A stretch of DNA of 59,458 bases, counting the filler. It is 6 parts of 6 records of this genome, joined end to end, with 100 filler letters (N's around TTAATTAATTAA, not from the genome) between each part and the next. Parts side by side here need not be neighbours in the genome. Positions count along the whole stretch, not along the records: positions 25,742 to 31,787 come from SRR31156797_51750; positions 31,888 to 39,510 come from SRR31156797_51765; 4 more parts are not named here. One strand, given 5' to 3'. Under the pieces are notes generated by a model. The model ran no database searches, was not told the DNA's origin, and saw nothing but the letters and a program-made list of their open reading frames with translations. Position numbers and translations under genes: made by a program. Positions 30,153 through 39,025 of the stretch are shown in pieces. Every line of letters begins with the position of its first letter. Position 1 is the first letter of the stretch.

Positions 30153-30749
30153 ATGGAAACTTTGGAAAAATATATACGCACTCTGACCAAGGAGGAAATC
30201 AATCAATTACCTCTTAAAAGATACAAGGGGCCGATAAACCTGGTTCGCTCAAAAAAGAAAATGAAATCAGCGATCGATCAGTTGCGCAAAGAATCAATCC
30301 TGGGATTCGACACGGAAACCAAGCCCTCGTTTAAAAAAGGCGTCACCAATATGCCGGCCCTGCTCCAGCTTGCCGGCAGCGAAACGGTTTATCTGTTCCA
30401 GTTGACCAGTATGTCTTTTCCAAAAGAATTGAAGCTTTTGCTGTCCGACCCCGATATCATTAAAACCGGCGTAGCCGTGCGGGATGACATCAAGGGCCTT
30501 AAGGAGATTTCGGAATTTGAAGAAGCCGGATTCATAGACCTTAGTGAAGTTTCCCGTCAATCCGGCATCCCGACCACCGGCCTGAGAACCATGGCCGCCA
30601 ATTTTTTCGGCATAAGGATATCCAAATCCGCGCAGAGTTCCAACTGGGGGCGCAAGGAACTCAAGCCCGCCCAGATTGTATATGCGGCCACGGATGCCTG
30701 GATGAGCCGTAAACTGCATTTATTCTTTCAGGAACTTGGACTTGTCTGA
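30153..30749 (+). CDS. 3'-5' exonuclease (DEDDy, RNase D/WRN-exo-like)
   Basis: LGFDTET (ExoI), LLQLA, VRDD, SNWG...QIVYAATDA (ExoIII). Confidence 0.9.
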   Translation: METLEKYIRTLTKEEINQLPLKRYKGPINLVRSKKKMKSAIDQLRKESILGFDTETKPSFKKGVTNMPALLQLAGSETVYLFQLTSMSFPKELKLLLSDPDIIKTGVAVRDDIKGLKEISEFEEAGFIDLSEVSRQSGIPTTGLRTMAANFFGIRISKSAQSSNWGRKELKPAQIVYAATDAWMSRKLHLFFQELGLV

Positions 30750-30788
30750 CAACTGATCTTTCTTCGATGGGCATGAAAGGGGACCGAA

Positions 30789-31691
30789 ATGCATCAAAAT
30801 CAAACAGCGTCGTTCTCCAGGACAGAACTTGAATTCACCAGCAAAGGAACCAAATGCTCAGCCTGGCTTTATCTTCCCGAAACCGAAGCCAAGCCGCCAG
30901 TCGTGATTATGGCCCACGGGTTTGGGGCTGAAAAAGACTTTGTCCTGCCCGAATATGCAAAACGATTCGCGGCCCGGGGTTTGGCCGTCTTTCTCTTTGA
31001 CTACAGAAATTTCGGTCAAAGCGACGGCCGGCCCAGAAATCTGGTCAATCCCAAACGTCACCTCCAGGACTGGCAAGCCGCCCTCGGTTTTGTGAGAAGT
31101 CTTGAACAGGTCGACGGCCAGCGCATCGGCCTGTGGGGAACCTCTTTCAGCGGCGGCCATGTCATCGTCACCGCGGCCAATGACAAAGGGATTAAAGCCA
31201 TTGTCTCCCAGGTTCCGTTTGTTGACGGCATCGCCTCATTGGGCCTTTACAATACATCCTTTATTATCAAGGCCATGCTCGCCGGCTTCAAAGACCTTTT
31301 CCGTTCGCTCTTTAATAAAGGACCTTACTGCATTCCGGTAGTGGCCGAACCCGGGCGTTTAGCGGTCATGAACGGGGAAGACGCCATGAGCGGGTATCTG
31401 GCCCTTGTTCCGAAAGATTCAAGCTGGAAAAACGAATGCCCGGCCCGAGTATTACTGACTGTCGGCGGGTACAGACCTGTCAGCTACGCCCCGCGGGTCG
31501 CCTGTCCGGCCCAGGTGCTGATTGCCGAAGATGATAATTATATCCCAGCCGCCGCTGTTGAAAAAACAGCCTCTAAAATGCCCCGGGCTGAAATAATCAG
31601 TCGTCCCGTGGGGCATTTCGACGTTTATGCCGGGGATGAATTCGAAATGTCCGTAACAAGGCAGTGCGATTTTTTCATTCAAAATCTGTGA
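30789..31691 (+). CDS. Alpha/beta hydrolase (peptidase S15/AidA-like)
   Basis: MAHGFG, FDYRNFG.S.G, GLWGTSFSGG nucleophile elbow, C-terminal GHF. Confidence 0.88.
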   Translation: MHQNQTASFSRTELEFTSKGTKCSAWLYLPETEAKPPVVIMAHGFGAEKDFVLPEYAKRFAARGLAVFLFDYRNFGQSDGRPRNLVNPKRHLQDWQAALGFVRSLEQVDGQRIGLWGTSFSGGHVIVTAANDKGIKAIVSQVPFVDGIASLGLYNTSFIIKAMLAGFKDLFRSLFNKGPYCIPVVAEPGRLAVMNGEDAMSGYLALVPKDSSWKNECPARVLLTVGGYRPVSYAPRVACPAQVLIAEDDNYIPAAAVEKTASKMPRAEIISRPVGHFDVYAGDEFEMSVTRQCDFFIQNL

Positions 31692-31745
31692 TAAGGCTAG
31701 CGGTTGCTCTTAACGCCCCTGCGTTTCGCGGACAGCCCGTAAAAT

Positions 31746-31775
31746 GAAGCTCCCCGTAGCAAGCTGCGGCGCATC
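31746..31775. repeat. Palindromic repeat/IS200-IS605-like end at contig break
   Basis: GAAGCTCCCCGTAGC-AA-GCTGCGGCGCATC hairpin just before the gap; family assignment recalled, not searched. Confidence 0.35.
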
Positions 31776-31787
31776 AAACGGAAACAT

Positions 31788-31887
31788 NNNNNNNNNNNNN
31801 NNNNNNNNNNNNNNNNNNNNNNNNNNNNNNNTTAATTAATTAANNNNNNNNNNNNNNNNNNNNNNNNNNNNNNNNNNNNNNNNNNNN
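31788..31887. other. Artificial contig spacer 2
   Basis: N44-TTAATTAATTAA-N44. Confidence 0.98.
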
Positions 31888-32055
31888 GCGGACGTCCATG
31901 TCCGCGCGGGGAATCACCGCAAGGCGGCGATAAAATTACCAGGTAATCCTTTAAAGCGGCCGCCCCTACAATTAGGAAGCAAGCTTATACATGTTTTCAA
32001 CATAAAGGAGCACCGACCAATCGGACAATAAATGCAGCGCGTGTTATATTAAACC

Positions 32056-33066
32056 ATGCCTGTATACCTAAAAACAGAAAGCCCGTTATTAAAATCCATA
32101 ACCTTCCTGGCGGTTGTTTTTGCTGTCTTCGGGGCTGCTTATCTCATCTGGTCGCCGGGCGAGCATTTTAGGGACGGGCGGCACGACCTGCGAAAAAACG
32201 GCATATGGATTCAACACGGCTGGCTGGGCCACGACTCCTGGTTTTCAAAATACAACAAGAATAAAAGCCGTTTCCGGGATGCCGATAAAATTAAGAAACT
32301 GGCCGGGCTATTTACCGATCATGGAATAAAATATGTCTTTCCCCATTTGTGTCCCTGCCGAAAAGACGGGACTATAGCGGAGGTCGATCCGGATCAGACA
32401 GAACTTTTTCTGGATCATTTTGAAGGATTCAAAGTCATGCCCTGGATTGGCGGCGTGCTCAACGTCCAATGTTTTCCCGATTCGGCCGAATGGCGAAGCA
32501 ACTTTGTATCGTCGGCCGTCAAACTGATCCACGAACATCCCCGGTTAGGCGGAGTACATGTCAATATCGAGCCCATGCCCACGGGCAACAAGGGCTTTTT
32601 GGTTCTACTGGCGGAACTCAGGAAAGCCATGCCCAAGGATAAGATCCTTTCCCTGGCCGCCTATCCTCCGCCGACACTGTGGCATCCGTTTCCCGAGGTT
32701 CATTGGGAAGAGCGGTATTTCAGGTCGGCGGCGAGTAATGTGGATCAAGTCGCCGTCATGATGTACGACACGGCAATCAGGTTTCGCAAGCCGTATATTA
32801 ATCTGATTTCCGACTGGGCTGGTGAAATAATTACCTGGGCCGAGGGAACACACGTATTGCTCGGGGCGCCCGTGTATGATGACGAGGGCGTCGGATACCA
32901 TTATCCAAAAATAGAAAATCTCGAAAATTTTCTGGCCGGCATTCATGCAGGCCTGGCCGGATTCGACCAAATCCCAAACAACTATGAAGGCGTCGCCATT
33001 TACTGTGAATGGGAAATGGACGACCTGGAATGGTTGTTATTGAAAAGGGAATTTGGGAAAGAATAG
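32056..33066 (+). CDS. Membrane-anchored GH18-like TIM-barrel protein
   Basis: N-terminal TM helix; GGVHVNIEP (degenerate DxxDxDxE), AVMMYD, LGAPVY, GVAIY. Confidence 0.6.
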   Translation: MPVYLKTESPLLKSITFLAVVFAVFGAAYLIWSPGEHFRDGRHDLRKNGIWIQHGWLGHDSWFSKYNKNKSRFRDADKIKKLAGLFTDHGIKYVFPHLCPCRKDGTIAEVDPDQTELFLDHFEGFKVMPWIGGVLNVQCFPDSAEWRSNFVSSAVKLIHEHPRLGGVHVNIEPMPTGNKGFLVLLAELRKAMPKDKILSLAAYPPPTLWHPFPEVHWEERYFRSAASNVDQVAVMMYDTAIRFRKPYINLISDWAGEIITWAEGTHVLLGAPVYDDEGVGYHYPKIENLENFLAGIHAGLAGFDQIPNNYEGVAIYCEWEMDDLEWLLLKREFGKE

Positions 33067-33199
33067 GATAGGCAATGTCGGCCCAGGGGTTTACCTTGCC
33101 AGGCAAATCGGATAGAAAAGAAAGAGCTAGGCGGCCAGGGATCGCGATCGTTTGACATACTAATCCCAAAATTCAGATATAACAGGATAAGAGGCGATT

Positions 33200-34087
33200 A
33201 TGGAAATCAAAACAATAGGCTGGATCGGGACGGGCGTCATGGGCAAGTCCATGTGTTCGCATATAATGAAAGCCGGTTTTACGGTTAATGTTTTTAACAG
33301 GACCAAGGAAAGAGCTGCCGAACTTGTTGATAAAGGCGCCGTTTGGTGCGACACCCCGGCGGAAGTCGGTGAAAAGAGCGACGCCGTGTTTTCAATTGTC
33401 GGTTATCCCAATGACGTGGAAGAAATTATGTTCGGCAAGACAGGTATTTTAACTCATAAACCCAAGTGTTCCTGTATAGTGGATATGACCACGTCGGAAC
33501 CGAGCCTGGCCGGTAAAATATACGACCGGGCCAGGGAGTCGGGAATATCGTCGCTCGACGCCCCGGTATCCGGGGGCGATGTCGGCGCCAGGGATGGGAA
33601 GCTGGCCATAATGGTCGGCGGCGACAGGGCCGCCTTTGACAATGTTCTGCCGTTTTTCAAATTAATGGGTGAAAATATTGCTTATCTTGGCGGACCGGGT
33701 TCAGGTCAGCACACAAAAATGAGCAACCAGATTCTTATTGCTTCCACCATGATCGGCGTAGTGGAATCGCTCTTGTACGGTTACAAGGCCGGCCTGGATA
33801 TTAACGAGGTTATCGATGTTATCGGCAAGGGCGCGGCCAGTTCGTGGTCGATAAACAATCTCGGCCGCAGGATAGCCGGAGGCGATTTTAATCCCGGCTT
33901 CTTTATCAAACACTTTGTCAAGGACATGGGCATCGCCCTGGAAGAAGCAAAAAGAATGAAACTGGCCCTGCCCGGGTTGTCCCTGGCCCATCAGTTTTAT
34001 GTTTCAGCCATGGCCATGGGGTGGGAAAACCTCGGCACTCAGGGGATATATAAGGTTTTTCAGAGAATGAACAATATTGGCGACTAA
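33200..34087 (+). CDS. NAD(P)-dependent beta-hydroxyacid dehydrogenase (3-hydroxyisobutyrate/tartronate semialdehyde reductase family)
   Basis: IGWIGTGVMG Rossmann motif, DAPVSGG, GQHTK.SNQ, F.IKHFVKDM. Confidence 0.92.
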   Translation: MEIKTIGWIGTGVMGKSMCSHIMKAGFTVNVFNRTKERAAELVDKGAVWCDTPAEVGEKSDAVFSIVGYPNDVEEIMFGKTGILTHKPKCSCIVDMTTSEPSLAGKIYDRARESGISSLDAPVSGGDVGARDGKLAIMVGGDRAAFDNVLPFFKLMGENIAYLGGPGSGQHTKMSNQILIASTMIGVVESLLYGYKAGLDINEVIDVIGKGAASSWSINNLGRRIAGGDFNPGFFIKHFVKDMGIALEEAKRMKLALPGLSLAHQFYVSAMAMGWENLGTQGIYKVFQRMNNIGD

Positions 34088-34173
34088 TTCATAAGTTAAA
34101 CCACCCGCTCTACCGGTGGTTACTGATTTTGATAGCGAAGCGGCCTCAAAGCCGCTTCAAAACACACCCGGGT

Positions 34174-34521
34174 TTAATCTTCTACGTATTCCGGGCGCAT
34201 GGGTGTAAAAAATTCTATTACTTCGGCGTCTTCCAGCACTTCCGCGCCATGATATTCATTGGGATCAAAGGTGTATCCGGTTCCGGCCTCGGCCGTGAAT
34301 CCCTGGTCGTCCTTTTTACTGAATCGAACTTTGCCGGAAATAACATAACCGGCCTGCACTGCTTCATGGTTGTGCAGAGGGATTTGCATTCCCGCGGTCA
34401 ATTTGAAATGACAGATCTGCGCCTGGGCATTGTAAGCCAGTGTGGTTCGGACGGCGCCCGGAGGGTTTTCGACTGATTTTGAGGAATCAACAGTTGCAAC
34501 AGGCTTCAATTTGATACTCAT
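34174..34521 (-). CDS. Cupin domain protein (KdgF-like)
   Basis: PLHNHEAVQAGYVISG, PNEYHG, FTPMRPEY. Confidence 0.85.
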   Translation of the reverse strand: MSIKLKPVATVDSSKSVENPPGAVRTTLAYNAQAQICHFKLTAGMQIPLHNHEAVQAGYVISGKVRFSKKDDQGFTAEAGTGYTFDPNEYHGAEVLEDAEVIEFFTPMRPEYVED

Positions 34522-34570
34522 CTTTTTTCCTCCCTTTATTAAACAATCCGCAATTGATCAATTTACAGCA

Positions 34571-35437
34571 TTACATTTTTAAAAGCATATCGTCCAGGTT
34601 GTTTTTTATTCTTAATGCCGTTGAAGGGGCGGCCCGGTATATTCCCAAAGCCGAACGCAGGAAACGGGCAAAGGAAACAGGGATATCCAATTGATGAACG
34701 TATGGACGATTTTCCAATGGAGCGGTTATAACCGGGATTGTCTTTTTTACGAATTGGGTCATTGCCCGCCGGTATTTACTCAAAAATCCCGGATCAAGAA
34801 TATCGGACAGGGTTAAACGGTCCAGCAGCTTTTCAAGGGAATATCCGTCCCGGCCATGGTTAAGCTTTTCATAAAGGTCGGCATATTTATCCCTGTAACT
34901 TAAGCGGTCCAATCCTGCCGGGTCTTCCTCAAACAGGCGTCTTATTATCTTTTCGCCGTACATCAGTAAGTGAAAAGCAGGATTCGTATTGGGGCTTGAA
35001 TATTCAAAAGCATCCAGGCCATGTGTCAGCCGGATAATAAACGATGCTGCTTCGGGATCGAGCTTATCAAAGACGGCCGCTTCCCGGCAGAGTTCACGAC
35101 GGCACTTGGGGCCGTACCCGGTCAGGTCGCGAAGATCCCGCCCCTGGTTTAGGGCGGGATGGAGCAAGCATCCGACCAGTGTTTTTTGACTGCTAAGGAA
35201 GCCGAGCCCCCAACAGGAATCGCCGGGTATCCATTCAGCCTTTTCCAGGTTTTCCTCAAGTCGCAGGGTATTCTCGTCAAGGGTTTTTATCATTTCAGGG
35301 CGATGGTCAATGTGATCGTAATCCGCAGACCTTATGGGCGGGCAGCACCTGAAACAGGAAGCATCGGCGCCGGGGCGGCACAGGCTGGAATAATGACCCG
35401 GGCTTGATTCGTTCCTTATTTCAGTTTTTGCGGCCAT
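34571..35437 (-). CDS. Cys-rich hypothetical protein (YkgJ/CxxCxxCC-like metal or Fe-S cluster domain)
   Basis: C-x7-CxxCC, CWGLGF, GCLLHP, CRRELC (8 Cys in the N-terminal half); start moved to ATG 35437 (MAAKTE) because the longer ORF runs through the atp terminator. Confidence 0.55.
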   Translation of the reverse strand: MAAKTEIRNESSPGHYSSLCRPGADASCFRCCPPIRSADYDHIDHRPEMIKTLDENTLRLEENLEKAEWIPGDSCWGLGFLSSQKTLVGCLLHPALNQGRDLRDLTGYGPKCRRELCREAAVFDKLDPEAASFIIRLTHGLDAFEYSSPNTNPAFHLLMYGEKIIRRLFEEDPAGLDRLSYRDKYADLYEKLNHGRDGYSLEKLLDRLTLSDILDPGFLSKYRRAMTQFVKKTIPVITAPLENRPYVHQLDIPVSFARFLRSALGIYRAAPSTALRIKNNLDDMLLKM

Positions 35438-35461
35438 TTTTCCGTTGTGGTTACGGCGGAT

Positions 35462-35491
35462 AAAAAAACGCGGCCGTATGACCGCGTTTTT
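35462..35491 (-). terminator. Intrinsic terminator closing the Fo operon
   Basis: Minus strand AAAAACGCGGT-CATACG-GCCGCGTTTTTTT, 25 nt after the atpF stop. Confidence 0.8.
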
Positions 35492-35516
35492 ATTGTTATT
35501 CTTTTTTATCAGGCGA

Positions 35517-36104
35517 TCAGGCGGTTTTTGCGTCCGACAGATTATCAAGATAGGATCCGATAATCCTGTCCTGATCCTGCTTGACGATCTGGGTGCGGAT
35601 CAGTTTTTCAGCTTCGTCAATTGTAAGCTGAACAAGTTCCGCCTTAACGTCGTCCCTGGCCTTTTTCAGCCTGGTCTGAGCCAGTTCTTTGGCGTCATTC
35701 ATGATGTGATCGGAATTATTACGCGCGTCTTCGATTATCCGATCCTTGGCCCGCCCGGCTTCTTCCAGGGCCAGCGTTTTAACCTGGCCGATCATGTCCT
35801 CTATCTGGGACAGCTTTTCCTGGGCCGCGTTATATTCCGCTTCCGCTTCCTCAACCATTTTCTTAGTCTGGCTTATCCTGTCTCCGATTTCACCGGACCT
35901 CTGAGCCAGAAAGTCCTTGATCGGCTTTTTTCCCAGCCTGACCACCAGGTAAGCGAGGATGAAAAAGTTAATGAATCTCCAGACCGTGTCCCATATCTTG
36001 CGCCCAGTACTGGGTCCTTCGTCATCGGCCCCGTAGGCGACAATCGGCGCCAGGCCCAGTGTGAGGACAACTACCAGGACTAGAATAATTCGTAGAAACC
36101 TCAT
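35517..36104 (-). CDS. atpF: ATP synthase Fo subunit b (deltaproteobacterial long-leader type)
   Basis: Signal-like leader, WRFINFFIL TM helix, KKPIKDFL..R coiled coil, DQDRII. Confidence 0.9.
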   Translation of the reverse strand: MRFLRIILVLVVVLTLGLAPIVAYGADDEGPSTGRKIWDTVWRFINFFILAYLVVRLGKKPIKDFLAQRSGEIGDRISQTKKMVEEAEAEYNAAQEKLSQIEDMIGQVKTLALEEAGRAKDRIIEDARNNSDHIMNDAKELAQTRLKKARDDVKAELVQLTIDEAEKLIRTQIVKQDQDRIIGSYLDNLSDAKTA

Positions 36105-36529
36105 GTCACTTTCCTGCCCATGACCTTTACGAACACCATATCGACAATGGCGTCCTTGTATTCGCCCATGCTCTCCCGAACCTTCGAGGCCTGTTCTTCC
36201 GCCTCGGCTTGAACCGAAGAGACGTGTTCCTGGGCTTGATTGCGCGCCTGATCGATTATTTCCTTGGCCTGGACCTCGGCTTCGCCTTTAACTTCATCGC
36301 CTTTTTCCGCGGCAGCCTTACGGGCTGTCTGCATTTGCGCTTCAAAGCTCTGAATCTTGCTCTCCGCCTCTTTGCGCAGCGATGTCAGCTTTTCCTTGGC
36401 ATCCGAGATGTGCTTCTCACGTTCTTCGAGAATCCTGAATGTGGGTTTGAACAGAACTCTATTGAGAATCCAGATCAGGATCAGGAAGTTAATCAATTGA
36501 ACCACTAGTGTGGCGTTGATGCTAATCAT
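36101..36529 (-). CDS. atpF: ATP synthase Fo subunit b'
   Basis: MISINATLVVQLINFLILIWILNRVLFKP, coiled coil, KVMGR; 4-nt overlap with subunit b. Confidence 0.9.
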   Translation of the reverse strand: MISINATLVVQLINFLILIWILNRVLFKPTFRILEEREKHISDAKEKLTSLRKEAESKIQSFEAQMQTARKAAAEKGDEVKGEAEVQAKEIIDQARNQAQEHVSSVQAEAEEQASKVRESMGEYKDAIVDMVFVKVMGRKVT

Positions 36530-36578
36530 GCGCCAGTAACTCCGGTTGTTAATGCGGGTAAAAACCCGCAGGCCTAAA

Positions 36579-36827
36579 TTAGACTACAAATATAAGCAGC
36601 AGCGCGACAACGAGGGAATAAATTCCCGTGGACTCGGAAACGGCCTGGCCGACCAGCATGGTCCTGGTCAAAAGACCGGCTTCCCGAGGACTGCGGCCGA
36701 TAGCGGAACAAGCCTGTCCAGCAGCATAACCTTCACCGATTCCTGGTCCAATAGCTCCAAAACCCATTGCCAGACCAGCGCCTAAAAGGGACAACGCCCT
36801 AATGAGGTCAGCACCAGAAATATCCAT
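36579..36827 (-). CDS. atpE: ATP synthase Fo subunit c, single hairpin, Na+-type
   Basis: GxGxGxG (GPGIGEG) with P28/E32 and ESTGIY (E65,S66,T67,Y70); RBS AGGAGG. Confidence 0.95.
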   Translation of the reverse strand: MDISGADLIRALSLLGAGLAMGFGAIGPGIGEGYAAGQACSAIGRSPREAGLLTRTMLVGQAVSESTGIYSLVVALLLIFVV

Positions 36828-36854
36828 GTTACCCTCCTATTTAAGTAAAGACGA

Positions 36855-37826
36855 TTAAATTACGAATATAAGCACCAAGGCAATTACCATGGCGTAAATA
36901 ACTGTTGACTGGGCGACAGCCTGACCGATAAGCATTGTTCTGGTCAAAACGCCGCCGGCTTCTTCATTACGACCGACCCAACGAAGGGTTTCTTCGCCTG
37001 TTATACCATTGCCGAGCCCCGGACCGATTCCGCCGAGCCCCTGGCATAATCCAGCAGCCAGCACGGCCGCTGCCGTGATTATGCTTGCATCCGCGGGAAA
37101 TACCCGGAATATCAGCAATACGCTGACCACAAGACCGAAAATGGATGGGGTTTCCGTAACGGCCTGCCCGACAAGCATCGTTCCGGTAGCCCGGGCCTGC
37201 GCCTGGGGCTGGCGTGCTATTGTTTCACAGGTGGCCCCGGCGATCATTCCCTGACCTATACCGGCCCCGATAGCAGCCAATCCTGTGGAAAAGCCCGCCC
37301 CCAACAGGGCAAAGGCGTTGGGATTGAAAGCCCGGTCGCCGAAATCGAGAAACATCAGCATTAAAGACACGACCAGGGAATAGATGCCCTGGCTCTGGCA
37401 AACAGCCGCGCCAAGAATCATGGTCGTGGTTAATGTGCTTGTGGATGCAGGCTGACGGGCCATGCCTTCGCAAGCCCTGGCCGCCGGGAATCCCGAACCG
37501 ATGCCCGACCCGATAGCCCCGAATCCCATGCAGATGCCGGCGGCGATCAAGGCCACGGCCTTAATCATCTGAGGCGGAAACTGCATGAATATCAGGAGCA
37601 TGGCCACGACCAGGGCGAATATAGCCGTTGATTCGGCTACGGCCTGGCCGATAAGCATGGTTTTTATAGTATCTCCGGCCTTCTCGGGCCTCGAAGCGCA
37701 GGCCTTGTTGGCAAAACCCGCGATGTAACCTTCACCTATGGCCGCCCCGATCGCTCCCAACCCCATGGCCAGGCTTGCGCCGAAATAGCGGGCGCCGGTA
37801 ACCATAACTTCTACATCAAATGCCAT
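36855..37826 (-). CDS. atpE: Quadruplicated ATP synthase c subunit (4 hairpins, 8 TM helices)
   Basis: Four ~80-aa c-subunit repeats with essential-site motifs AESTAIF, CQSQGIY, TETPSIF, AQSTVIY. Confidence 0.92.
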   Translation of the reverse strand: MAFDVEVMVTGARYFGASLAMGLGAIGAAIGEGYIAGFANKACASRPEKAGDTIKTMLIGQAVAESTAIFALVVAMLLIFMQFPPQMIKAVALIAAGICMGFGAIGSGIGSGFPAARACEGMARQPASTSTLTTTMILGAAVCQSQGIYSLVVSLMLMFLDFGDRAFNPNAFALLGAGFSTGLAAIGAGIGQGMIAGATCETIARQPQAQARATGTMLVGQAVTETPSIFGLVVSVLLIFRVFPADASIITAAAVLAAGLCQGLGGIGPGLGNGITGEETLRWVGRNEEAGGVLTRTMLIGQAVAQSTVIYAMVIALVLIFVI

Positions 37827-37843
37827 TAGATGACCCGGGTCCT

Positions 37844-38518
37844 CTACTTGATCTGCACGGAAATGTAGACCAAGGTTAACATGGTGAAAACAAAAGCCTG
37901 AATAGTGCCGACAAACAACCCGAAGAAGGCGTTAAGAAACGGCGGCAGAACAAGACTGTATATCAGATGGCCCACAACGATAATTATGATGCTTCCGCCC
38001 ATGATGTTGCCGTAGAGACGGAATGAGATCGAAACTACCTTGGCAAGCTCTCCGATAATGTTAAGGGGCATCATAAATATGAAGGGCTGAAAATACTGAC
38101 TCAAATAGTCCTTCAAACCCTTAACCTTAATACCCGAATAGTGCGCTATAACAAACCCTAAAAGCCCCAAGCTCAACGGAGTATTGAGGTCCTTGGTCGG
38201 TTCTGAAAAGTAAGGTATGATTCCCCAGATGTTACAGAGCCACAGAAAAAGGAAAAGACCGCAAATCATTGGAAAATACTTGCGGTGGTCTTCAATTTCC
38301 AATGCGTCGTAAACCATGTCGTCGAAAATAGACACAAATAGCTCGGCGACGCTCTGCAAGGGGTTGGGAATCAGCTTGGTCTGCCTTGTGGCCAGAAAAC
38401 CGAACAAGATCAAAACCCCCATGATCATCCAGGTGTTGATCAAGGGAGCCTGATTAAGGGTGATGTCAAGTCCGCCGATAGAAAACTGCCACTGCGGCAT
38501 GTATGTGATTTCTTTCAT
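37844..38518 (-). CDS. atpB: ATP synthase Fo subunit a
   Basis: PTKDLN, PLNIIGE, SISFRLYGN (essential Arg), IQAFVFTML. Confidence 0.95.
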   Translation of the reverse strand: MKEITYMPQWQFSIGGLDITLNQAPLINTWMIMGVLILFGFLATRQTKLIPNPLQSVAELFVSIFDDMVYDALEIEDHRKYFPMICGLFLFLWLCNIWGIIPYFSEPTKDLNTPLSLGLLGFVIAHYSGIKVKGLKDYLSQYFQPFIFMMPLNIIGELAKVVSISFRLYGNIMGGSIIIIVVGHLIYSLVLPPFLNAFFGLFVGTIQAFVFTMLTLVYISVQIK

Positions 38519-38519
38519 T

Positions 38520-38918
38520 TCAGCGCCCTTGTGCGGTCTGGTCGCCCATTAGCCCGTAGCGTTCAATGACCAGACCATAGATGAGAATGGATAACTGTAA
38601 GTTAAAGATGCCGATTGCGGTCCAAATGACGTTAAACTCAGGCAGGCGAAAAGCTGCATACAATGGCAGGGCCATCAAGCCCAGTCGCAGACCGAGCCCC
38701 AAGGCGCTGTGCGCTGTAGCCGATTTGCCTTCTTTACCAAGCCTGTTGGGCGCCTGCCAAGCCATGACAAGGAAGTTGATTAACGAGAAAAAACTTCCCA
38801 GCACAAAACCTTTGGCCGCTGGTTTATATCCAAGCAACAAAGCCCCGCCGCCTACGATTGCGGCGATGACCAGGATTAGTATGATTATAACTTTTTTAAA
38901 TTTTATTAAATCGCCCAT
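38520..38918 (-). CDS. atpI: ATP synthase subunit I (c-ring assembly factor)
   Basis: Four TM helices, GFVLGS..S.INF, position upstream of atpB; start uncertain (ATG 38918 chosen). Confidence 0.75.
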   Translation of the reverse strand: MGDLIKFKKVIIILILVIAAIVGGGALLLGYKPAAKGFVLGSFFSLINFLVMAWQAPNRLGKEGKSATAHSALGLGLRLGLMALPLYAAFRLPEFNVIWTAIGIFNLQLSILIYGLVIERYGLMGDQTAQGR

Positions 38919-38976
38919 AACACAGATACAGAGGAACTCGCCTCCATTTATGTACGCCAGATGTGAAAACAGGAAC

Positions 38977-39005
38977 AAAGTAGTCAAACCAGCGGATTTT
39001 GTCAA
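38977..39005 (-). promoter_or_regulatory. Possible internal sigma70 promoter before atpI
   Basis: TTGACA-17nt-TACTTT on the minus strand. Confidence 0.45.
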
Positions 39006-39025
39006 TAGAAAAGGTTAACCTTTTT

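Noticed and set aside
35445-36083. 212-aa plus-strand ORF
   Set aside because: Antisense to atpF, which has clear family motifs.
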